The position numbers and the translations under genes were made by a program. Source: Nostoc sp. PCC 7120 = FACHB-418 (GTDB lineage: Bacteria > Cyanobacteriota > Cyanobacteriia > Cyanobacteriales > Nostocaceae). Taken from it: a DNA stretch of 32,000 nt. Below are positions 25,145-32,000 of this stretch, piece after piece. The stretch spans positions 4,080,001 to 4,112,000 of the forward strand of contig NC_003272.1 of the NCBI RefSeq assembly GCF_000009705.1, written 5' to 3'. Every line of letters begins with the position of its first letter. Positions within the stretch are counted from its first letter, which is position 1. Under the pieces are notes generated by a model. It saw nothing but the letters and a program-made list of their open reading frames with translations. It had not been told where the DNA came from and ran no database searches.

Positions 25145-27472
25145 GTGGATAAACTCTACTGGCTTGACCAAATTAAATTACAAGACCGCGCTAAAGTAGG
25201 TGACAAAGCGTTCTATTTAAGTAGAATCAGGCAGCGTGGCTACCCGGTTGTTCCTGGTTTTGTAGTGTCTGAAGAAGTTTTGCGATTATTTCTAGAAACT
25301 CTCAACAGTTCAGAATCATTGGTCGCTAACTTACCTAATTCTTCCTTACACTTGGATGTAGCCAACTGGCGACAACTCCAGCAGGTGGCTGGGCGTTTAC
25401 GTCAGGAAATTATTCATGCAACTGTACCATCACAGTGGGTGAATACAATTCTTACGGCCGCTAGGGAATGGCAAACAAACTTTTTAATTTTTCGCCCTAG
25501 TTTAACACTAGCAACAAAAACCCACAGGCTAGGAAACACCTCTGGATTATTGGATGCTGCTTTCTGTTACTGCAATGAAGACGCGATCGCTCACACACTC
25601 AAGCATACCTGGAGTCAACTTTTTCGCGCCAGAAGCTTGCTATATTGGCAGCGCATAGGAGTTAACCTCCAAGAAGTTAATCTAGCAATCTTAGTACAAC
25701 CAGTACAAAATGCGATCGCCAGTGGTTTATTAATCGCTAACTCTTCAGGCTGTAAAATTCAAGCTACATGGGGATTAGGATTAGCCTTGTCTCAGGGCGA
25801 GATTATACCAGATACATACCAAGTTCAGCAGGAAACAGGTATTGTCTTAGAAAGACATCTGGGAAATAAAATGTTTGCTTATCGTCTAGATAGTTCAGAA
25901 TTGAATGATGCCAGACTATCTAGAAAAGAGGTATTCACATTAAATCACCCTTGTATAGGCGCGTATTCAGTACAAGAGTCACACCAGCAACAATATGCTT
26001 TAGCCGAAGAATATCTACAACAAGTAATTACCTTAGGACATCAACTGGAAAGCGAACTAGGTAACAGTTTTACTATTGAATGGACAATTGCAGAGGAAAA
26101 CTCCACCCCCTGTCTCTACATTACGCAAGTGAGTACTCCCCAATCTGCAATTCCCAATTTACGTTTCATCAAGGGTGCTGGGGCGGCTAGAGGACGCGTC
26201 ACCGCTAATGCTTATGTTGTCAATGACTCCCAACGGAAACCAGAACAACTGCCCAAAGGCGTAATTTTAGTGGTACCAGCAATTACACCTGATTGGTTGT
26301 CGTTAGTAGAACAAGCCGTTGGTATTGTCACAGTCCAAGGAGGTGTAACTAGTCATGCAGCGATTTTGGCCAGGGAATTGGGTATTCCAGCCGTTGTGAA
26401 TGTAGCAGATGCCACCTTACTAATTCCCAATGGTGAACGATTGCTAATAGATGGCGATCGCGGAGAGGTATATTTACTAAAAGCAGATGAAGCCACTACG
26501 GTAGAAAATCCACACCAGCAACCTCTGACTCCACCATTTCACCCTGTTGTTAGCAGGCAAATGCCAATGATTGCTACCCAACTGCTGGTTAACCTCAGTC
26601 AACCTAGTCTAATTGAACAAGTGCAGAACTTGCCTGTAGATGGGGTGGGATTATTGCGTTCAGAGTTGATGTTAGTACCTTTACTCAAAGGTCAGCATCC
26701 GAATTTTTGGCTTTTGGATGGGCGGAAATCAGAATTATTAGAGCAGTGGTCTGAGCATATTATCCAGTTTGCCCGCGCCTTTGCCCCCCGACCGGTTTTT
26801 TATCGCTCTTTAGATTGGCGATCGCACGAGTTATCAGCAAATAATTCCCAATCTGCGCCTCAGTCAATTTTGGGCGATCGCGGTACATTTAGTTATGTCC
26901 GCAATTCTGATGTTTTTGAATTAGAACTTACAGCGATCGCTAATGCCCAAAAAGCTGGTTATGATAACATTCACTTATTATTGCCCTTCGTTCGCAGTGT
27001 AGGCGAATTTACCTTCTGTCGCCAAAAAGCAGAACAGTTCGGACTTACCCAAATTCCCCAGTTTCAATTATGGATGATGGCGGAAGTCCCCAGCGTCTTA
27101 TTTTTACTACCTGAATACGTCAAAGCCGGGGTAGCGGGTATATCCATCGGCACAAACGACTTGACACAATTGCTATTAGGCGCAGACAGGGAACAAAGCG
27201 ACATCACCAAAGTTTTAAATGAACGCCACCCGGCTGTCATGGCTGCTATTGCCCAACTAATCCAAATGTCCCAAACTGCCGGCATACCTTGTTCTATCTG
27301 CGGTCAAGCACCAGCAATATATCCAGAAATCATCGATCAATTGGTGCAATGGGGTATCACATCGATTTCCGTGGAACCAGAAGCAGTAGAAAGGACATAT
27401 CAGGCGATCGCTCGTGCTGAACACCGCTTACTATTACAAGCAGCACGCCGACAGGTGGGAGAGCGTGGTTAA
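25145..27472 (+). CDS. PEP-utilising enzyme (PpsA/PPDK-like three-domain phosphotransferase)
   Basis: 775 aa with a GTG start. N-terminal ATP-grasp-like region (VGDKAFYLSRIRQRGYPVVPGFVV), swivel phospho-His domain GGVTSHAAILARELGIPAVV, and C-terminal PEP-binding barrel GISIGTNDLTQL. Confidence 0.87.
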   Translation: MDKLYWLDQIKLQDRAKVGDKAFYLSRIRQRGYPVVPGFVVSEEVLRLFLETLNSSESLVANLPNSSLHLDVANWRQLQQVAGRLRQEIIHATVPSQWVNTILTAAREWQTNFLIFRPSLTLATKTHRLGNTSGLLDAAFCYCNEDAIAHTLKHTWSQLFRARSLLYWQRIGVNLQEVNLAILVQPVQNAIASGLLIANSSGCKIQATWGLGLALSQGEIIPDTYQVQQETGIVLERHLGNKMFAYRLDSSELNDARLSRKEVFTLNHPCIGAYSVQESHQQQYALAEEYLQQVITLGHQLESELGNSFTIEWTIAEENSTPCLYITQVSTPQSAIPNLRFIKGAGAARGRVTANAYVVNDSQRKPEQLPKGVILVVPAITPDWLSLVEQAVGIVTVQGGVTSHAAILARELGIPAVVNVADATLLIPNGERLLIDGDRGEVYLLKADEATTVENPHQQPLTPPFHPVVSRQMPMIATQLLVNLSQPSLIEQVQNLPVDGVGLLRSELMLVPLLKGQHPNFWLLDGRKSELLEQWSEHIIQFARAFAPRPVFYRSLDWRSHELSANNSQSAPQSILGDRGTFSYVRNSDVFELELTAIANAQKAGYDNIHLLLPFVRSVGEFTFCRQKAEQFGLTQIPQFQLWMMAEVPSVLFLLPEYVKAGVAGISIGTNDLTQLLLGADREQSDITKVLNERHPAVMAAIAQLIQMSQTAGIPCSICGQAPAIYPEIIDQLVQWGITSISVEPEAVERTYQAIARAEHRLLLQAARRQVGERG

Positions 27473-27583
27473 AATGTGTAGACTTTTAATGTTTTCTCAA
27501 ACCCTGGTTTTAGGGTGTAAGTTTCGATAATTTCAAAATTCTGTCACCACTAAATCGCCCAAGACCAAGAAAATAAGGTTTTT

Positions 27584-27612
27584 AAACCTCTCCCCGCGTC
27601 GGGGAGAGGTTT
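27584..27612. terminator. 13-bp GC-rich hairpin between convergent genes
   Basis: AAACCTCTCCCCG (27584-27596) - cgt - CGGGGAGAGGTTT (27600-27612), followed by a partial echo GGAGAGGGGTT. Confidence 0.5.
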
Positions 27613-27684
27613 GGAGAGGGGTTATTCTATTCTTCCCCTGCTTCTTTCCTCCCTGTCTTCATTCATGCAACACCACAAAACCGA

Positions 27685-28860
27685 TTAATATCGCAGGATA
27701 GCCGCTACTGGTTTACCGTTTGGCATTTGTTCCGGTTCAACCGCATAAACCGTACCACCGTTTAATATTGTATGAATTGCTGCCAAATCCAAAATGTCTC
27801 CATCTTCAGGCTGTGGTTCTGGATGTAACTCTACAGCCAGTGTCTCTGGGTCAAATTTACCCCAAATTTGTTGCCCTAATGGGACAATTAATGAATCAAC
27901 CCTCTGGTAATAAGCGGCGGAAACGATTTCTTTGATATCACTAGAGGCTGTACCAGTCTCCTCTCCAGCCAGTTGTTGGTAAAGTTCTATCGCTTCTTGT
28001 TCTGACTGATGAAACAGAGGTTCGACAATTTCCCAAGCTTGGGCGTGTAATTCGTCTGCTTGAAAAATTTCTTGCCTTTTAGTGATTGCCTGTTCCTGGA
28101 GATGGAGATAAGTATTTGCCTCTCGATAAATGGGATGGAGATATTCAACACCTGCCAAAATTAAAGGTGCTGTTTCATCGTGTAGTTTGTCATGTAATGC
28201 GGCATCAACAGCGTGGAAGTATTGCAGGATGCCTTCTTGGGGCTGGTCTTTGTCTGGACTACCTTGTCCGTGAAATGCCCCAGGTTGCGATCGCGTAAAA
28301 GGATTGTTGTTGCTACCTTTAGATGTAGCAATACGAAATTGCCCTTCCTTGGCGGTTTCGTCGTACATCAGAGCCTCATCAACGCTCTTAGGCATATTTT
28401 CCACCTCCACCTCATTGAGGCCAGAGCGTGTTCCCTCAAAAAATTTGATATCCTTTTGACTAAGAGCGAGGATGTAGAATTTCCCATCACTGTTAATTAA
28501 ATGCAGTAATGGCTTGAAATGAAATTGATTGCTCACTACTACCAATTCTTGACACTCTATCGGCAGACTGTAATAGCGAAACATCTGCGGCGAAATAAAA
28601 ATTGCTAATCCGTGGTCTTGATTTTCCCAAAATTCTGCCTGATCTAGTTCCTGAACTTGTTGCAGTAAATTTTCAACTTCAGTAGGGAAAATCTCCAATT
28701 CTTGCAGACGTTCTTCAGCCTCACGGACTAAATTTTTAAACCGGATGGGATTTTGGCGAATCTCCGGCCCAGCTTTCTGCATAGGCATATAAAGAGATAC
28801 ACATGGTGTTTGAGAGTTTTCAATTAAAGTTTTTAACTCATCAATAGATAGTAGAGTCAT
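27685..28860 (-). CDS. Bacterial aeRF1-like (baeRF-type) protein; family assignment tentative
   Basis: 391 aa. The N-terminus L.ELKTLIENSQTPCVSLYMPMQKAGPEIRQNPIRFKNLVREAEERL matches the pattern I associate with baeRF3-type proteins. The central flexible loop carries HGQG (nt 28261-28272). Confidence 0.6.
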   Translation of the reverse strand: MTLLSIDELKTLIENSQTPCVSLYMPMQKAGPEIRQNPIRFKNLVREAEERLQELEIFPTEVENLLQQVQELDQAEFWENQDHGLAIFISPQMFRYYSLPIECQELVVVSNQFHFKPLLHLINSDGKFYILALSQKDIKFFEGTRSGLNEVEVENMPKSVDEALMYDETAKEGQFRIATSKGSNNNPFTRSQPGAFHGQGSPDKDQPQEGILQYFHAVDAALHDKLHDETAPLILAGVEYLHPIYREANTYLHLQEQAITKRQEIFQADELHAQAWEIVEPLFHQSEQEAIELYQQLAGEETGTASSDIKEIVSAAYYQRVDSLIVPLGQQIWGKFDPETLAVELHPEPQPEDGDILDLAAIHTILNGGTVYAVEPEQMPNGKPVAAILRY

Positions 28861-29112
28861 GTGGTGAAATTCCTATCGTCGGTAATTAAAGCTCAACAAT
28901 GTATATTTATTTCAAAGCTTTAAACCCGAAAATTCATCTTTCTTTTGATGAAAAATTAGTTATTATATACACCATTCTGTAGGCGGAGAAAAAAGTTCTT
29001 CTCTGTACTTATATTTACAATGTACTTTTAACTACAGACACCCAGAGGCACAAACAGGGAAATTTTCTTCTCTGCACACCTGAGAGCAAAAATTACACCA
29101 TCGGCAATCAGA

Positions 29113-29937
29113 ATGGATGCTTCCGAGCTATTAGAAACGATCACTCTCTTAATTGAGCAAGCAGAACAAGGAGAAATAGATCCTTGGGATGTCAAAGTTA
29201 TTGAGGTGATTGACCGTTATTTAGAACTAATGACACCAAAGACCACTGCCAGAGGTTATGAATCTGACTTGTCTCAATCTGGACAGGCTTTTTTATCAGC
29301 CTCCATGCTGGTATTATTCAAGGCTAATACCTTGATGCAATTATCAACAGCAGAAGATTTAGAAGATATTGAGGATGGTCTATTAGCAGAGAATGGAGAT
29401 GGCTTATTCCATCAAACCCATCGTTTACCCTTAGAGCGAGTTTTACGACGGCGACCCGCCGCGATGCCACCACCAAAACGCCGTGTCACGTTGCAAGAGT
29501 TGATCGCCCAATTGCAAATCATGGCGAACCAACTCAAACTAGTACAAAAAGTTAGTAAGCCGGAACGTCCCAAACGTCAGCCTACCGTCAAAGCTATGCG
29601 GGAAGCGCTAGAGTTAGCGCACCAAGAAAATTTGACGGAGGTAGCTGGTGAATTGGAACAAGTACTGCATTTTTCGGCCAAAGAACTGTTGTTAGAACAA
29701 AATTACTTAAATTTAGAACAACTCGTACAGTTGTGGACTCAGACAAAGCAATCACACCAATTATCAGCCCATGAATCTGTAAACAGTCACCTAGTTAGCG
29801 TGTTCTGGGCTTTATTGCTATTATCGGCACAATCTAAGGTAGAGCTAGTTCAGGAGGAATTTTATCAAGAGGTAAGAATCCGCTTGCTCTCAGATTCAGC
29901 AAACACCTACCAATCATTGGAGCAACCAATAAACTGA
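29113..29937 (+). CDS. scpA: Segregation and condensation protein A (kleisin)
   Basis: 274 aa. The N-terminal block EQGEIDPWDVKVIEVIDRYLELM and the overall length and helical character fit ScpA. Confidence 0.85.
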   Translation: MDASELLETITLLIEQAEQGEIDPWDVKVIEVIDRYLELMTPKTTARGYESDLSQSGQAFLSASMLVLFKANTLMQLSTAEDLEDIEDGLLAENGDGLFHQTHRLPLERVLRRRPAAMPPPKRRVTLQELIAQLQIMANQLKLVQKVSKPERPKRQPTVKAMREALELAHQENLTEVAGELEQVLHFSAKELLLEQNYLNLEQLVQLWTQTKQSHQLSAHESVNSHLVSVFWALLLLSAQSKVELVQEEFYQEVRIRLLSDSANTYQSLEQPIN

Positions 29938-30050
29938 ACCCATTGAGAACATTCATATAGAAGCTTCTGTGAATTTACAGACTGTTGCATCAGTAAACCC
30001 AAAAATCCGATTAAATTAAAAAGATAACTGATTGCTTGTCATCTAACCGT

Positions 30051-30184
30051 ACTAGGACTTACGTATGGAGAAGAAAAATCAAAGCTTTGGGCAAGAGGTG
30101 CAGGGGTTTAGGGGTTTTAAACCCTCACACCCCTAAACCCTCACACCCTTCCAAGGTGAAAAGTCTAATTGCCTAAGTCCTAAT
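30051..30184. repeat. MITE-like 134-bp element with imperfect terminal inverted repeats and an internal tandem 16-mer
   Basis: ACTAGGACTTACG (30051-30063) versus the reverse complement of 30172-30184, ATTAGGACTTAGG, is 11/13 identical. The internal tandem is TAAACCCTCACACCCC / TAAACCCTCACACCCT (30118-30149). An internal IR pairs GGGGTTTAGGGG (30103-30114) with CCCCTAAACCCT (30130-30141), 11/12 complementary. Confidence 0.45.
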
Positions 30185-30316
30185 ATCTCTGGTTGCGATC
30201 ACCAACAAATTCCTGTTATCCCTGTTGTCAGGGGTTACTTAGAGCAGAAATCAAAAACTGATGATTAAGTATCACACAATGAAAGTAAACTGGCTTGTGG
30301 TTGAGGAATAAACTTT

Positions 30317-31486
30317 ATGAAAGCGATGATTCTCGCAGCAGGTAAGGGTACTCGCGTTCGTCCGATTACCTATACGATTCCCAAACCGATGATTCCCATC
30401 CTGCAAAAGCCAGTGATGGAATTTTTACTGGAACTTTTACGTCAACATGGTTTTGACCAGATTATGGTCAACGTCAGCCATCTGGCTGAAGAAATTGAAA
30501 ACTATTTTCGTGATGGTCAACGGTTTGGTGTACAGATTGCCTATTCTTTTGAAGGCAAAATTGATGATGAAGGTAAGCTGGTAGGGGAAGCAATAGGTTC
30601 TGCTGGAGGGATGCGACGCATCCAAGATTTTTCACCATTTTTTGATGATACCTTTGTGGTGTTGTGCGGCGACGCTTTGATTGACTTAGATTTGACGGCA
30701 GCAGTGAAGTGGCATAAATCCAAAGGCTCCATCGCTACTATCATCACCAAAACTGTCCCCGAAGAAGAAGTTTCTAGTTATGGTGTGGTCGTCACTGATG
30801 AGAATAGTCGGGTTAAAGCCTTCCAAGAAAAACCATCGATAGAGGAAGCACTTAGTACTAATATCAACACAGGTATCTACATTTTTGAGCCAGAGGTGTT
30901 TAATTACATACCTTCTGGTGTGGAATATGACATCGGTGGTCAACTATTCCCCAAACTGGTAGAAATTGGTGCGCCCTTCTATGCGATCGCAATGGATTTT
31001 GAATGGGTGGATATTGGTAAAGTACCAGACTACTGGCGGGCAATTCGCGGCGTTTTACAAGGGGATATTAAGAATGTGCAGATTCCCGGTCATGAGGTTG
31101 CCCCTGGTATCTATACTGGCTTAAATGTGGCAGTGAATTGGGACAAAGTAGATATCACTGGCCCAGTTTACATTGGTGGCATGACTCGCATCGAAGATGG
31201 CGCGAAAATTGTCGGCCCGGCAATGATTGGCCCCAATTGCTGGATATGCGGTGAAGCCACTGTTGATAACAGTGTCATCTTTGAATGGTCACGATTAGGG
31301 CATGGAGCCAGGCTAGTTGATAAACTGGTGTTCGGGCGTTACTGCGTCGATAAAACAGGAGCTGCTATTGACGTACAAGCTGCTGCTTTAGATTGGCTGA
31401 TTACCGATGCCCGGCAAACACCACCAGAACATACCCCAGTGGAACGGCAAGCGATCGCCGAATTGTTGGGAACAAACGCAACTTAG
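30317..31486 (+). CDS. NDP-sugar pyrophosphorylase (mannose-1-phosphate guanylyltransferase-like) with a C-terminal left-handed beta-helix
   Basis: 389 aa. It has the nucleotidyltransferase motif ILAAGKGTRVRPIT and the block VLCGDALIDLDL, with hexapeptide-like repeats in the C-terminal third. Confidence 0.9.
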   Translation: MKAMILAAGKGTRVRPITYTIPKPMIPILQKPVMEFLLELLRQHGFDQIMVNVSHLAEEIENYFRDGQRFGVQIAYSFEGKIDDEGKLVGEAIGSAGGMRRIQDFSPFFDDTFVVLCGDALIDLDLTAAVKWHKSKGSIATIITKTVPEEEVSSYGVVVTDENSRVKAFQEKPSIEEALSTNINTGIYIFEPEVFNYIPSGVEYDIGGQLFPKLVEIGAPFYAIAMDFEWVDIGKVPDYWRAIRGVLQGDIKNVQIPGHEVAPGIYTGLNVAVNWDKVDITGPVYIGGMTRIEDGAKIVGPAMIGPNCWICGEATVDNSVIFEWSRLGHGARLVDKLVFGRYCVDKTGAAIDVQAAALDWLITDARQTPPEHTPVERQAIAELLGTNAT

Positions 31487-31556
31487 TCATTAGTCATGAG
31501 TCAGTTGTCAGTTGCAATTTCTACTGACAACTGACAACTAACCACTAACCACTAAC
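31487..31556. repeat. Intergenic spacer built entirely of STRR heptamers that form a 13-bp perfect inverted repeat (bidirectional terminator candidate)
   Basis: Heptamers are TCATTAG, TCATGAG, TCAGTTG x2, ..., AACTGAC, AACTAAC, CACTAAC x2. GTCAGTTGTCAGT (31500-31512) is the exact reverse complement of ACTGACAACTGAC (31523-31535). Confidence 0.75.
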
Positions 31557-32000
31557 TATTTAAGTATGTGTATCTTCTGAGACTTTGTTCGTAAGTCTGG
31601 AGTAAGCGCTGGGATTCAGCTAAGGTAATGCGCTTTTCTTCTAACGCCCGCTCGCAACGTTGGCGGATGTTTTCTACCATGTCCTCGGAGTCATATTGGA
31701 CGTAGCTCACCACTTCACTCATGGTATCGCCTTTGACCACGTGTTCAATTTGGTAGCCTTTGGGGGTTAACTGGATATGAACGGCGTTGGTATCGCCGAA
31801 TAAGTTGTGTAAGTTCCCCATAATTTCCTGATAAGCACCATTGAGGAACATTCCCATATAATAGGGTTCCCCTGGTTGGAAGGGGTGCAGTTCTAGCACA
31901 GATTTGACATCCCGTAGGTCGATAAAGCGATCAATTTTGCCATCGCTGTCACAGGTGAGGTCTGCTAAAATTCCTCGCTGCGTTGGTTCTTCATCTAGGC
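31552..32000 (-). CDS. speA: Biosynthetic arginine decarboxylase, C-terminal part (5' part outside the window)
   Basis: The frame is open to the window edge. The C-terminal sequence LELHPFQPGEPYYMGMFLNGAYQEIMGNLHNLFGDTNAVHI...VQYDSEDMVENIR is the conserved SpeA tail. Confidence 0.92.
   Translation of the reverse strand, partial: LDEEPTQRGILADLTCDSDGKIDRFIDLRDVKSVLELHPFQPGEPYYMGMFLNGAYQEIMGNLHNLFGDTNAVHIQLTPKGYQIEHVVKGDTMSEVVSYVQYDSEDMVENIRQRCERALEEKRITLAESQRLLQTYEQSLRRYTYLNS

Noticed and set aside
24896-25171. 91-aa minus-strand ORF spanning repeat copy B and the start of the PpsA-like gene.
   Set aside because: It runs through a dispersed repeat and an AT-rich promoter region and overlaps the GTG start of a solid gene. 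Its composition looks non-coding.
30049-30062. A third GTA-N8-TAC motif (GTACTAGGACTTAC).
   Set aside because: It lies within the terminal inverted repeat of the MITE-like element. It shows that the motif arises by chance here, and it lowers confidence in the tandem pair at 29005-29035.

Overview
This is a 32-kb chromosomal segment that reads like a filamentous Nostoc/Anabaena-type cyanobacterium. I counted about 30 copies of the HIP1 octamer GCGATCGC by eye. Heptameric STRR-type arrays fill several intergenic spacers, a PEP-CTERM protein is present, and TTG/GTG starts are frequent. Gene content is mostly housekeeping or accessory: recF, a P2-type (Ca2+-ATPase-like) P-type ATPase, a transglutaminase-domain protein, a PEP-CTERM protein, a beta-lactamase-fold serine hydrolase, an NlpC/P60 peptidase, a GT2 glycosyltransferase, an MFS transporter, tRNA-Arg(ACG), moaC, a DUF2795 protein, a GAF/pseudo-kinase plus receiver pair, several small conserved ORFs, a COG0523 (CobW-like) GTPase, YihY, DUF421, purB, an MgtC-like protein, a PpsA-like PEP-utilising enzyme, an aeRF1-like (baeRF-type) protein, scpA, an NDP-sugar pyrophosphorylase and the 3' part of speA. 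Mobile and repetitive DNA comprises four items. (1) A complete IS200/IS605 unit with Y1 tnpA and RuvC-intact tnpB, whose structured 3' region is the candidate omega/reRNA. (2) A 1028-bp IS982-family element with 17-bp IRs and a 6-bp TSD. (3) A 134-bp MITE-like element. (4) A 57-nt palindromic dispersed repeat present twice in opposite orientation, one copy abutting the IS200/IS605 left flank. I saw no CRISPR array, no rRNA and no obvious defence island. The best leads for something under-described are the TnpB/omega-RNA unit with its neighbouring REP-like repeat, and the stand-alone baeRF-like protein with an HGQG loop. Nothing here can be proven novel from reading the sequence alone, and all family assignments are motif-based recognition rather than database searches.
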